The position numbers were made by a program, and so were the translations under genes. Source: Octopus vulgaris (Eukaryota). Taken from it: a stretch of 64,000 nt of DNA. Shown piece by piece: positions 1 through 12,865 of the stretch. Under the pieces are notes generated by a model that did not search any database, was not told the DNA's origin, and saw only the letters and a program-made list of their open reading frames with translations. The stretch spans positions 161,200,001 to 161,264,000 of the forward strand of contig OX597816.1 in NCBI GenBank assembly GCA_951406725.2. Direction: 5' to 3'. Each line of letters begins with the position of its first letter. The stretch's first letter is position 1.

Positions 1-337
1 AATAGTAGTGGTCTGATATAGTTGGTAGTTTGTAGTTTGGTCTTCGAAGTCTAGGTTACTGCCGCTCTTTCTATTTTGTAGTCTTATAACACTGTTACAG
101 TGTATTCTTTACCTATAGTTGACAATATCAACTGTACTACAATATTGGAGGTATAAGGATGCAACAGTGTGTGTGTATATGGGGTAAGTCAAAAATTATA
201 CATGCTCATGTTTCTGTTAAAAGTAGACCTCAGCAGAATTTGAACTCTGAACATAAAGACAGACGAAATACTGCTAAGCATTTCACCTGGCGTGCTAATG
301 TTTCTGCTAGCTCACCACCTATAATAGGCATAATATT

Positions 338-552
338 CTTTTCTACTCTAAGTACAAGGCCCAAAATTTTGGGGGAGGGGGCCAGTTGATTAAATTGACC
401 CTAGTATGCAACTGGTACTTAATTTATCAACCCCCAAAAAATGAAAGGCAAAGTCAAACTCGGCCGAATTTGAACTCAGAATGTAGAGACAGACGAAACA
501 CCACTAAGCATTTCGCCTGGCATGCTAACATTTCTGCCAGCATACCGCCTTA
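338..552 (-). mobile_element. tRNA-derived SINE family A (full copy; partial copy at 219-320; further minus copies near 1575-1775, 1790-1995, 26780-27015, 32998-33210, 40785-40872, 46215-46375)
   Basis: Reverse complement reads ggcggtatgctggcagaaatgttagc...ctgagttcaaattc (A-box/B-box-like), then a gcctttcat...gataaattaagtaccag core resembling the Nin/Deu SINE domain (from recall). Many dispersed copies in the window. Confidence 0.85.
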
Positions 553-681
553 GCTGAAATAAATATTGTGAAACATTCTGTCCAATGTAACATAGATAGC
601 CAGAAGAAATGCCACTTAAGCCTTTTCTTCTAACATGCTAATGATTCTGCCAGCTTGCTACCTTGACCAGCCTGGTAATAA

Positions 682-1562
682 TCTTACTATAATGGGCATT
701 ATGTCTGTCTGTCTGTGTACTCTTCACAGTCAAACAGCTGAACTAATGGTCACAATGTTTTTCAGGATTACGAAGGAGGTAATCTGGAAAAAATGTGAAA
801 AAGTATGATTGTTTAGTAGATATTGAGTTTCGTATTAATAAATCACCTTTGATTGTTTTCTGTTAAAATTCCGGTGATGAGGATTAAATCTGGATTTCTC
901 CACCGTATAGTTCATGAATTTAGAGCGCTTATTTCTCATCATAGATTGGCAGATTCCTAAAGATTCCACCCATGCATTCACAGTAAACAAGGCACAGGGC
1001 CAAATTTTAGATTGTGTTGGTGTATTTTTACATCACTATGAGTAGAACAACAGACTCCAGTAATTTGTAAATTAGTGTCGACCAAACAGAAAATATCATC
1101 AGCAAAAAAGTTTTGTAATCATATATCAATATGAAAGGAATATGATTCATAATTTAAATATAAAAATGTTTGAACTTTGAATGTATAAGAATATAAACAA
1201 GTCTAAAATAGTGTAAACAACTAAAATAAAAGTATATCTAAATAACATTTTTTCTTAATACTTTTTATGTAGTGGTCAAAGGAAGCTCTGGCTTTAATTA
1301 GGAGTGGTCCACATAATCATTCATGATACAGAGGCTGGGAGCTTATTTCAGTTCAGGAGTGAATCGTCATCACATATCACTTATTCGCAAACACATGTCA
1401 TATAGCTGCAATAGAATGCTGTATCACCAACAATAATGTGATTTCTCTAAGACCATCACCCAGTAATCTATCAAGTCCATTTACACATTTCTCAATACAT
1501 ACTGCTGTTATGACTTCCCTCCCTCAATTTATGCCTCCATCGTAGATGGGTAGATTTTCAAG
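682..1562 (+). mobile_element. Non-autonomous Helitron remnant carrying a decayed PIF1 helicase C-terminus
   Basis: Starts A|TC with (GTCT)n near the 5' end. 971-1030 translates HAFTVNKAQGQILDCVGVFL (PIF1 motif T-I-N-K-S-Q-G-Q-T-L). 1038-1118 gives MSRTTDSSNL*ISVDQTENIISKKVL* (cf. LSRV...TKNIVYKEVL). 3' hairpin ccatc-gta-gatgg at 1537-1549, then CAAG|T (CTAG-like). Confidence 0.75.
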
Positions 1563-2759
1563 TAATAATAATCCTTTCTAGGCCTGAAATTTTGTGGGAG
1601 GGGACTAGTGAATTGCATCGACCCCAATCTGTCACTGGTACTTAATTTATCAGCTCCTAGAGAGGTTAAAAGACAAAGTTGACCTCAGCAGAATTTGAAC
1701 TCAAAACTTAAAATTGGATGAAATGCTACTAAGCGTTTTGCCTGTCATGCTAACAATTCTGCCAGCTTGCCATCTTGGCCACCCTGATTGTTTCTGATAT
1801 AAGCAGAAGGTTAGAAATCTAAGGGAAAGAGGTTAGTTGGTTACGTTTACCTCAGTGCTTGACTGGTACTTTATTTTATCAACCTTGAAAGGATGAACAA
1901 TGAAGTTGACCTAGGCAAGATTTGAACTCAAAATGTAAAGAGCCGGAAGCAATACTGCAAAGCATTTCTTCTGATGCTTTAACGATTCTGCCAGCAATAA
2001 TTATAATGATGAACTGAAGAAATAATATGAAGTTAAATTGATTAAAATCTTTCAATATTTCTAAAAAAAAAGAAAAAATGGGTGAGGTGAGTTGGGAAGG
2101 AAAGAAAGAAAGAAACAATGAAAAATGTATTAAAACATTTTTGTTTTTGATTATTAATTTTTTGTAATGATTTTTTTTAAAAAAATGAAGTAATAATTGA
2201 AATAAAAATCTTCAGTCCTTCAGATATTGAATAAAATTTTAATTCTAAGTTTAATTCTTCTCCTTCTCGTCTTCTACTTCTCATTTTTCTTTCCTTCTTC
2301 ATGTCATCTTCCACTATCCACCCCACCTCCTCCAACACTCACACTTCTCCTTTTTCTTGTCTGCTTATTTTCCTTCTCCTTCTCACTTTCTTTCTCTTTA
2401 GTTCCTCTCTCCCTTTTGATATATTTTCCTTTACCTTGTTCTTCATCCATCTCATTATTAAAAGAACAGTAGGGTGGTGGAGTGGTATTTTTTTCCAACT
2501 CTGTTTTTTCTGAGTTGAAATCCTCCCAAGGTCAGCTTTGTCTTTCGTCCATATCGGATTGATAAAATAAAATACCAGTGAAGTACTGGGGTCAATATAA
2601 TCAATTATTTCTCTCCCCAAAATTTCATCCCTAGAAACAATTATTAACCCTTTAGCATTCAGATTATTCTGTCAAATGTAATACTCTTTCATTCACATTG
2701 TTTTTAATTAACCATTCATTATCTCATAGCTTCGATATCTTGATGATGTGACTGTATAT

Positions 2760-3101
2760 CAGAGGTTCTCAAAAATTTTGGGCCACTGCCCCCTCTCATG
2801 GCCACGTAATACCCTCAGTGCCCCACCCCTATTTTTATGTATAAATAGATATTTTATATTTTACTAATTTATATATACTATGAGTCATTTGATATTTAAT
2901 ATAATATTATATAATTTGTATACAATACTATAATACTATAATAAATTCATACCATCCCCCAATCCACTGCCTTCCTCCTTATGCCTCCTTTTTCTCTACC
3001 CCCCCCCAGCACCACCCCTTAGACACCAGTGACCACCTGGACCCTCTCAACACCCACCAGGTGTGGGGGTGGGGGCAGTAGCACCCACTTTTAGATCACT
3101 A
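2760..3101. mobile_element. Degenerate hAT-like MITE, possibly nested in a TTAA-CCC (piggyBac-like) element starting at 2644
   Basis: Left end cagaggttctcaaa and right end ttttagatcacta resemble Charlie-type cagtggttctcaa/ttgagaaccactg TIRs. No clear TSD. Confidence 0.4.
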
Positions 3102-3189
3102 TTGTTCAACAGAGCTTCTAGTCCTGTTGGGTTAAAAAAAGAGACAATTTATACAGAGTGTGTGCCATGTCATTATTGTTGTTGTTATT

Positions 3190-3370
3190 AAGGCAGTGAA
3201 CTGGCAGAACTTTTAGCTCACTGGACAAAATGCTTAGTTGTATTCTGAATTCAGATTCCACTGAGGTCAACTTTGCCGATAAATTAAGTACCAGTGAAAC
3301 ACTGGGGTCGATGTAATCAACTAGTTCCCTCCCACCAGATTTCAGGCCTTGTGTCTATAGTAGAAAGGAT
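3190..3370 (+). mobile_element. SINE family A copy with (TTA)n tail; sister copy at 3890-4075
   Basis: ggcagtgaactggcagaa...gataaattaagtaccag...tttcaggccttgtgtctatagtagaaaggattattatt. Confidence 0.8.
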
Positions 3371-3887
3371 TATTATTATTATTACTATTATTGCTATTAT
3401 AAATGCCGCACCATACAATATTGTGAGGTTGTCGATTGAGGATATTGTGTCTACCGGGGTTTGTGCTGTTTGTCAAGTCACAACAAGGACCTCAGACAGA
3501 CAGTACTTTACGCAATATGCGTGCAGTTCCAAGTAATGCTGACTTTTGCAATACTCCTAGATTGTAGGGTATTTCTAAGGTTTCCAGATGTTTTTTCAGA
3601 TTGTGTGGTATTGAACCCAATGCTTTGATGACAATAAGGATAACCTTTATGTTTGACTCTTGTAGCTGTCACATCTTAGCAATCTCAATTCTCAGGTCTC
3701 CATATTTATCAACTTTTTCTTTTTCTTTCATGATGATATGCTGATCTCCTGGCACTGCTACGTTGATTATTAGGCACTCTTGTTTGTCCCTCCTAAAGGT
3801 TACTATATCCGGCCTTCAGTGCTCTAACATCTTGTCTGTCTGGAAATCAAAGTCCCAGAGGAGTTTTGCCTTCCCTTTTTTGTCCAT
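3370..3887 (-). pseudogene. 3' end of an R4/Dong-clade non-LTR retrotransposon (restriction-like endonuclease domain), with 3' UTR and (TAA)n tail
   Basis: 3887->3492 translates MDKKGKAKLLWDFDFQTDKMLEH*RPDIVTFRRDKQECLIINVAVPGDQHIIMKEKEKVDKYGDLRIEIAKM*...LGSIPHNLKKHLETL...LQKSALLGTARILRKVLSV*. Contains the RPD, KxxKY and LLGTARILRKVL motifs; two in-frame stops. Confidence 0.9.
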
Positions 3888-4116
3888 TAAGACAGTGAAC
3901 TTGCTGAATCATTAGCATGCTACATTCTGGATTCAAATTTCACTGAGGTCAACTTTGTTTTTCATCTCTTTGGAGTTGATAACATAAATACCAGTTGAGT
4001 ACTGAGTCAATATAGTCAGCTAACCCTCTTCTCCAAAATTTCAGGCCTTGTGCCTTTAGTAGAAAGGATTATTATTGTTGTTGTTATCATCACCATTATT
4101 ATTATTATTATTATGT

Positions 4117-4510
4117 GGAAGTGCAGTAGCCAAGTGGTTAGGGCAGCAGACTCATGGTCGTGGGATCACGGCTTCAATTCCCAGACTGGGCATTGTGAGT
4201 GTTTATTAAGCAGAAACACCTAAAGCTCCACGAGGCTCCAGCCAGAGTGGGAGGCGAACCCTGTTATACTCTTTCATTACAACTTCTTCTCACTCTTTCT
4301 TCCTGTTTCTGTTGTACCTGTGTTTCAAAGGGCCAGCCTTGTCACACTCTGTGTCATGCTGAATCTCCCCGAGAACTACGTTAAGGGTACACGTGTCTAT
4401 GGAGTGCTCAGCCACTTGCACGTTAATTTCACGAGGTAGCTGTTCCATTGATCGGATCAACTGGAACCCTCATCGTTGTAACCGACGGAGTGCCACGATT
4501 ATTATTATAA
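4117..4510 (+). mobile_element. tRNA-derived SINE (head type A2 + tail X)
   Basis: A-box tagccaagtgg, B-box-like gcttcaattcc. Tail gccagccttgtcacactctgtg...gagaactacgttaagg is shared with 10760-10960 and 40940-41255. (ATT)n end. Confidence 0.8.
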
Positions 4511-5083
4511 TCATTAATTTCTTCAAACTAGACTCAAAGACTGGAGTGTGTGTGTGTGTGTGTGTGTGTGTGTCTGTGTGGAGTGATATTGATTATATAT
4601 ACTACAATATATTTTTTGGTTCTTTTTTTTAATTGACTCTGGAGAGATTATAATTAAAGGCAGAATTTGAATTGAAACCATAATGGGGAAAAAATTGCTT
4701 TAAATCCGTTGAGTTTTGTTCCTCTCTATCCCAAGTTAAAATTCCCCTAGGCTAACTTTACCTTTCAACAATCCATGGCCAGTCTTACACTAGAGTAGTC
4801 TATTCAGTTGACCATTACAAATTTGTGGCTTTGTGTCAATATTATAATTGTCAATCTATTGTTATGTTTTCTATTGAATTATTCTTTGTTATTGTTTCTT
4901 AAAAAATTGTTGGACTAGGTGGGATGGGTGAAGGATGGCTTTTAATTAAATATATTAAATTTCTCAAGGTGTAAAAATAAAAAGAAATTAAACAAAACAT
5001 ATATATAGATAAAGCATAAAACAAATATCGTTTGCTTTATTCAGGAAACTAAAATGCAATTTAATTTTAGAATAAGAACTGTG

Positions 5084-5127
<44 letters not shown>

Positions 5128-5157
5128 CATTATTATTATTATTATTATTATTATTAA

Positions 5158-5555
5158 GGTGGTGAGCTGGTAGAATTGTTAGCACGCTGGGCGAAATGCT
5201 TAGCGGTATTTTATCTGCCACAACATTCTGAGTTCAAATTCCAACCTAGGTCGACTTTGCCTTTCTTCCTTTTGAGCTTGATAAAATAAGTACCAGTTGA
5301 GTACTGGGGTCGATGTAATCGACTATACCCCTTCCTCCAAATTTCAGGCCTTGCGCCTATAGTAGAAAGGATTATTATTATTATTAAGGTAGTGAGCTAG
5401 CAGAATCGTTAGCATGCTGGATGAATTGCTTAGCAGTATTTTGTTAGCCGCAGCATTCTGAGTTCAAATTCTGTCAAGGTCGAAGCAATGGGGTCAATGT
5501 AATCGACTTACCCACCTCCCCCAAAATTGCTCACCTTGTGCCAAAATTTAAAATC
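5158..5555 (+). mobile_element. Two tandem SINE family A copies separated by (TTA)n, preceded by a long (TTA)n at 5088-5157
   Basis: ggtggtgagctggtagaattgttagc...gagttcaaattcc...agtagaaaggattatt, then a second head at 5388. Confidence 0.85.
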
Positions 5556-5558
5556 ATT

Positions 5559-5930
5559 TTTACCTCTGCCTTAGTGAAGGTGGAGGTAGTGTTTCCAGCC
5601 GTGTTTGTATGTTTGTTTGCCTGTGGACAAAATATCTCAAGGACTGCTGGATGGATTCAGATGAAACTTTCAGGGATGTTTGGCCTCGTGACTGCCACAA
5701 ACTGATTAGATTTTGAAATTGATCTGATATCGGACAAGGATTCTGGATAATTTTTCCTATTTTTTAGTTTATTTTTTTGATAGTGGTCGGGTTCATTTTT
5801 AATATTCTCGTTTATGAGAGCAGTTGAGTTTATTTCAGATATTCTCATTTTAAAAATCATCTCCAGCTAATCATTGAGAGGAAGTTGGTGTTGCCTTGGT
5901 GGAGGTTTGCGCTCTCTGAGTGCTCTTGTT
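5559..5930 (+). mobile_element. Helentron-associated non-autonomous element (HINE / DINE-1-like)
   Basis: 5' subterminal IR tacctctgcc followed by its complement ggtggaggta; (GTTT)n-like tract; 3' subTIR ggtggaggt at 5898-5906; terminal hairpin gcgctc-tct-gagtgc at 5909-5923; T-rich flanks. Confidence 0.75.
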
Positions 5931-6368
5931 ATCATTATTATTTCTGACACAGATGTATAATGGGTATATAGTTGGGGTGGTGGTAGCAGCAGCTGCAGCA
6001 GCATTAGCAACAGAAATAGTAGTAGTAGTAGTAATGGTGTTTTTGAAGTGTGTGAAAGAAATACAACCAAATAATAGCAACAAAGACCAAAAGAATGAAA
6101 GAAATCAAAAAGAAACCAGCACGTATCAAAATATTTAGTAGACTGTTCCCTTTTATTCATTGTTTCTCTGCCAAATTTATTATTCTCTCATCTTCCCCAC
6201 TTTTTTGAACACAGATTTTTCCCACACACATACTGCCCACTTTTATCCTCCCTGTTGTCATGGTGAGCCCTGATTTCCAGGATATTCTACAGGTTTTCCG
6301 GTATTCCTACATCCTTGGATGAATGAATTAATATGATAATATTGTGGATGGAATGGGCGATGAGGTGG

Positions 6369-6369
6369 G

Positions 6370-6419
<50 letters not shown>

Positions 6420-6665
6420 GGTGGTGGTGGTGGTGGTGGTGGTGGTGGTGGTGGTGGTGGTGGTGGTAGCGGTGGGGGTGATGATGATGATGGTGGTGGT
6501 GGTGGTGGTGGTGGTGATGATGGTGGTGGTGGTGATGGTGTTGGTGATGGTAGTGATGGTGGTGGCAGTGGTGTGCTGATGCTGGTAATGGTGGTGATGG
6601 TGGTGGTGATGGTGATGGTGGTGGTGATGGTACTGGTGGCTGTGGTAGTTGTAGTGGCAGTTGTC
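6369..6665. repeat. (GTT)n/(GGT)n/(GAT)n compound trinucleotide microsatellite
   Basis: Directly visible. Confidence 0.95.
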
Positions 6666-7169
6666 ATCATGGTTGTGCTGGCAGTCAGTGGTGGCAGCGC
6701 CGATGGTAATAATGTTGTTAATGGTTCTCCTGTGCTTCAATGTCTGAGTTCGAACACATCTAATAAAAATATAATACTGTGTTAGATGTGTAGCTTAGCC
6801 GGATGAATGGATGGACGGATAGATGGATGGATGGAGGGAAGGAAAGATGAATGGATGAAGAGATTGACTGGCTGTTGACTGACTGGCTGACAGACAGACA
6901 TGCAGAAATAACAGGCTGAGCAAAGAAGTGAGTCAGAATTCCTTGGATTATTGGACTTTGGTAATGATGCTGACCTAGAGTGGAGTGTTATGTATATAGG
7001 GTGATAGCTGGCAAAGAGACAGACCAATCAACCAACCGGGATTGATTGGTTCAAGGGATGGGGGCTGGGGGTGGCGGGGTGGGATCATGTCTGATATCCA
7101 TCCGGCTCCACCATCCTAGTTCTTCTGGTGCCTTTGTTATTTGCTTCTGTCTAATATTAACCATTTTTC

Positions 7170-7518
7170 TACCACCACTTTACCCACACCACCTTACCCC
7201 CCCACACACCACTACCACCACCTTAATTCCATCACATTTACTGCCACTACCACATGCACCACCACCACTGCCACCATCACCACCACCACCACCACCAACA
7301 CTTCCACCACTACCACCACCTCCACCACCACCTTCACCATCACTGCCACTACCATTACAGCCACCATCACTACCACCACCACCACCACCACCACCGCCAC
7401 TGCCTTCACCACCACTGCCACTACCATTACAGCCACCACCACCACCACCACCGCCACTACCATTACAGCCACCAGCACCATACTACTACAGCCATTATCT
7501 CTACTACTACTACCACCA
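7170..7518. repeat. (ACC)n-rich degenerate trinucleotide tract with internal duplicated sub-blocks
   Basis: Directly visible; the motif cactgccactaccattacagccacca recurs. Confidence 0.9.
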
Positions 7519-8379
7519 TGCAAAGTGCATCTCCTCAGTCATGCATACATGTAAGCACACATACCCCCACAGAAGCAACAAGCAGGAGTTGGGCACGCTC
7601 GCTTCCCCCATACTTTTGAAATGTTCTCATACTGATGCATTCCTTTGTCGTCTCCGATACATATACATAAACAACCAGTTGCAGCACACCAGTTTAAAAC
7701 ATATTGCATGCATGTGCATGCTGCACATTTACACACATGTAAACGCATGATGGCATACAAGCAACAGTAGACATATACAGAGATGCGCTACGTTAAAATT
7801 TTCTCATAACAATTCATTCGCATCCTATCCGCATTTTATCTCAGTTGTGTATACATACATTAAGGGGTTTATGTATATAAACATTAATTGTAAACACACA
7901 CACACACACTCATGCATGCATGCTTGTAAATATATATATTATGACAACAAATGCACATGTGCAAGGATATAATAAAAATAGCTATACTGGGGTAAAGGCC
8001 TTCTTGTAAAAACAATATAAATTCTCATATGAATATAAAATGTGCATCTTCTAAGATCCTTGTTGTTTTTGTATGTTGTTGTTTAACCCTTGATTGAGTA
8101 CACTTATGATCATAGACATTCCGGCCATGGCCATACCGTCATTTTTATATTTATATACATTGTTCAATGTGTCTGTTGTTTTTTTAAAGATTGTAATATG
8201 TGTCCTTTTGGCTTTGGGAGAGATTTGGCTGCTATGTTTAGCAAGTGGATTGTCCTTGTAGGCTTTTCTTATGCTTGTGTGTTTCTCTGTATGTGTACAT
8301 AGCTGTGTTGAAGTGTGTATGTGTTGCCACATGAATATATAACCAACACATGTCTTTAAGAAATAGAACTGTGTCTGTA

Positions 8380-8455
8380 TCCATACTTATGTGTGTATGT
8401 GTGTATATTCATAGCTGTATGAGTGTGTGTGTACATATGTATACCTATAATGTAC

Positions 8456-8496
<41 letters not shown>

Positions 8497-8753
8497 CATA
8501 CATATACATACATAAACATATATTGGTATCATGATGAAGATATATACATATATATGTATATGTATATACGTGTGTGTGCATATATGTATATATATATATA
8601 TATGTTTGTATACATATATATACATACATATATAAAATCTATTGAAGTTCTTACATATAAGCATTTATATATATACACGCACACATATGTATATGTGTGT
8701 ATATATATACACACATATATATACACACACATATATGTATATATATGTATGTG

Positions 8754-8795
<42 letters not shown>

Positions 8796-8829
8796 CACAC
8801 ACATATATATGTATATGTATGTATGTGTA

Positions 8830-8862
<33 letters not shown>

Positions 8863-8970
8863 ATATATGCATATACATATATATGTATGTATCTGTATAT
8901 ATACAAATATACACACACATACACACACTCAATTCAAACACATCATACACACACACATACACACACTACA
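8380..8970. repeat. (TA)n/(TG)n/(CA)n compound dinucleotide field
   Basis: Directly visible; source of spurious YI/VC-rich ORFs. Confidence 0.95.
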
Positions 8971-9637
8971 CAAATTATTCATGCTAACTGCTAGTAAAAA
9001 CTGGAAATGTTCCCTTAGAAAAAGACAGTTCCTTTTACCAGCTGCTTCCACTAACATCACAAGAGAAATCAATAACTAACTGCCATGTAACATCCCTCTT
9101 TCCCTTTTACTAACTATTATTTCAGTTAGACCTCTTCTCCACCCCACTCTCTCTCTCTCTTTCTTTATCTCTCTCTTTCTTTATCTCTCTCTTTCTCTCT
9201 TTCTTTCTTTCTTTCTATTTTCGCTTTCACTTTCTCTTTCTTTAACTCTGTTTCTGTTCTTAGTCTTCTTCTGTCACTTTTGCACATTTAGAGTCATACA
9301 CACACACACACACACATTCTTACATACATGCATGCACCCTGAAACTCTCTCTCTCTCTCCCTGTCTCTGCCTATCTGTCTCTCTCTCTCTCTTCCCTCCT
9401 CCCTCTCATCTCCCCCTTTCTTCTCTGTTTATGCTTCTCTTACTCTCTGTTTACCTCTCCAAGGTTTTTCACAACCTCTTTTTGCATCTTTTGCTCAAAA
9501 CCACACACTCACACACAACATACACATACACACACATACACACACACATACACACACACACATACACACACACACTTTCCTCCTTTAATTTCATATTTCC
9601 CTTCTACCGCCAAGTCTTTCTCACTCCCTTCAACTCC

Positions 9638-9678
<41 letters not shown>

Positions 9679-10034
9679 AATCTTCTGGCCTTAACCTTTT
9701 TTATTGCCGCCCCCACCTCCTCTCTCCCACTCTCTCTCTCTCTCTCACTCTCTCTCTCTCTCTTTTGCTCTCTCTAATTTTCTTTCCCTGCTTCTTTCAT
9801 GTTATTTAGCACACTCCATCTCTTTCTTCTCTATCTGTCTGTCTGTGTCTCTGCCTGCCTGCCTGTCTGTCTGTCTATCGGTTTAATTCTCTGCTTTTAT
9901 AGACTTACTTTCATTTCATTTCAATCACCTTTTTTGTTACTTTCTCTTTATATCCCTTATTTATCTCTAAATCTGTTACATTTACCCTCACTCCCATATT
10001 TTATCCCAGTTCTTGTCATCTCTCTCTCTTTCTT

Positions 10035-10075
<41 letters not shown>

Positions 10076-10320
10076 TTCTCTCTCTCTTTCAGTCAGAACC
10101 CATTATTATACCTTCTTTCACATTGGTGTAAGGTTATCAACCTAAGTATAACCAGTGTGTCTATTTGTGTATTTGTAAATGTACATGAATATATTTGTGT
10201 ATAAGCTTGTCTCTGTATATGTATACTAAAACACATGTTTATTACATAACAACACGCTCTTTACAGCCTTACTGGATAATTTGAAACGTTAGATGTACGT
10301 ATGTATGTGTACATAAATAT

Positions 10321-10600
10321 ATCATCATCATCATCATCATCATTGTCATCATTTAATGGCCATTGTCCTTGCTAGAATGGGTTGAATGGTTTGACTGGGC
10401 TGGCATGCTGGAAGGCTGCACCAGACTCCAGTCTGATTTGGTATGGTTATCTATGGCTGGATGCCCTTCCTAACACCAACCACTCTGAGAGTGTAATGGG
10501 TGCTTTTATGTGCCACCAGTACAGGTGCCATTTGCATGACACCAGGGTGCATTTATATGCTACCAGCACAGGTGCCAATTTGCATGACACCAGTGATTTT
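10321..10600 (-). mobile_element. RTE 3'-end (tail) copy
   Basis: (CAT)n, then ggctggatgcccttcctaacaccaaccactctgagagtgtaatgggtgctttt; matches the reverse of 25160-25268. Confidence 0.8.
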
Positions 10601-11244
10601 GCTCAGCTTGATGGGTCTTCTTCTCAAGCACGACATAATACCAAAGGTCTTGGTCATTGCCTCCTTGAGGCACAACACTCAAAAGGAACTCAGCCACTTT
10701 GCTTCCATCAAGCCCAACACTTGAGAGGAACTCAGCCACAAACACACATGAAGGCTTGTGGTAGTGAGGGTAATCAGCTCATGACCACAAGGTCCTATGT
10801 TCAATTCCTGGTGGCATCTTGTGTCCTTAAACAAAACACTTCATTTCATGTTGCTCCAGTCCCCTCAACTGGCACAAATGAATAGTACCTGTTATTCAAA
10901 GGGTCAGCCTTGTCACATTCTGTGTAATGCTAAATCTACCTGAGAACTACATTAAGGGTGTGAATGTTGGTTGGCCAGTGGATTAACTCAGCATTGTCCG
11001 GATGATTGGACTGCTTTTGGAAGTTGATATGTGGTCAGCATGGAATGACTTATAAGTCCCTTATAGGTCTTAGGGTCAATATGGGACATCATCAGCAATG
11101 ATTGGGTCAAACTTGAGATGTTTCTCAGAGTGAAGTGAGTGTAGAAAGTGATCTTACTCAGACACAAGTCGACTTCGACCATGTATGTATGTATGTATGT
11201 ATGTATGTATGTATGTATGTATGTATGTATGTATGTATGTATGT

Positions 11245-11291
<47 letters not shown>

Positions 11292-11821
11292 CGTATGTAC
11301 GTACATACATACGTATGTATGTCATTATTCAGTTTTATTTCAAGATTTCTTGCCAATAGACAAATAACCGGGTTCCAACCAAGATTCAAGGCTCCAAATT
11401 TGGAATTTCAACATCATCAGCTGGGCATTTTTGTTGGTATGTATGTATATATGCAGAGTTGCATGTTTTGTTTTATGAATGTATGTATTTATTTCTCTGT
11501 GCATGTGTGTGTGTGCATCAATCATTTTTACACCTGTTTTTCATGCTGGTATGGGTTAGATGAATATATTATAGAAGTATTGTTTTACTGCTGGATGCCC
11601 TTCCCATTGCTAATCCTTACTGTCTTTTTTTTTTCTTGCAGGTAAGAGATATATTATTTCACAAGTTTTTGAAGCCACCAGGTAACAAGATGCAAAGCCA
11701 GAAGACAACCAACAGATAAGCAGCGTCACTACCCATAACTGAGTGAATGAACATACAGCTGCATGCACACACATTCATATGTGTACACACACACATGTAT
11801 CTCTTTCTCTCAATGTCTCTG

Positions 11822-11853
<32 letters not shown>

Positions 11854-12128
11854 TCTCTATGCTACTATGTTAAACTGTCATATATCCAAATTTGGCCAAA
11901 TGCATTTTTTTCAATCTTTATTTTTGCTTGCAATAGCCAGTTCTTTTGGTCAAATTATCGTATCTCCATCTGCTTCAGATGGCAAGATTGCAAAAATTGT
12001 CAAAGTGTAGTATAACAGTTTTGCTATGGAATGGTGAAACTATCTTTCTGTTTTCTGAAACTATTTTTCTGTTTTGGACTTACAATGCTTTTGCATAATA
12101 GCAACGATATATATATATATATATATAT

Positions 12129-12236
12129 AACCCATGCTAGCATGGAAAGTGGATATTAAACAGTGATGATGATATATATATATATATATATAACCCATGC
12201 TAGCATGGAAAGTGGATATTAAACAGTGATGATGAT
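12129..12236 (+). repeat. Tandem duplication (63-bp period) of the extreme RTE 3' terminus inside (TA)n
   Basis: aacccatgctagcatggaaagtggatattaaacagtgatgatgat at 12129 and 12192, identical. Confidence 0.9.
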
Positions 12237-12552
12237 ATATATATATATACACACACACAGAAGTGCACACATATATATATATGGACCAGTCTATCAGGTG
12301 TTGTTATACATCGAAGGGTAACAATGCACTTTGCATCATTTTAGCTTTTGGATAATGCTACCCTGCAGGTAAGCAGGCCAACATTCCTCTTGATCAGAGA
12401 GCTATTCCATCACAGTGTTACTTATTTACAGCTGGATAAACTGGAGCAGTGTCAAATGAGGTGCTTTGTTCAAAAGCACAATGTGCCACCCGGTCTCGTT
12501 ACAAAACCTTAAACCACTAAACCATTCACCTTCACACACACACACACACAGA

Positions 12553-12611
<59 letters not shown>

Positions 12612-12615
<4 letters not shown>

Positions 12616-12780
12616 GATGAACTTCTTTCAGTTTCTCTCTACCAAATCAATTTACAAGGCTTTGGTAGGCCCGAGGCTATAGTAGAAGGCACTTGCTCAA
12701 GGTGCCACGCAGTGGGATTGAACCTGGAACCATGTAGTTGGGAAGCAAGCTTCTTACCACACAGCCATGCCTGCGCCTAC
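12612..12780 (-). mobile_element. CORE-type SINE head (family B)
   Basis: Reverse of ggcgcaggcatggctgtgtggtaagaagcttg...ggcaccttgagcaagtg. Confidence 0.85.
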
Positions 12781-12810
12781 TTAGAAATATATCTAGATAA
12801 ATGGACAGAC

Positions 12811-12865
<55 letters not shown>

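Noticed and set aside
6258-7750. Long His/Pro/Thr/Gly-rich ORFs
   Set aside because: Translations of trinucleotide microsatellites, open in several frames on both strands, with no domain or splice support.
10382-10885. 167-aa ORF with LDALPNTNHSESV, recurring at 37559, 47254 and 48052
   Set aside because: Antisense translation of the RTE 3' UTR module. The recurrence reflects repeat copies, not a gene family.
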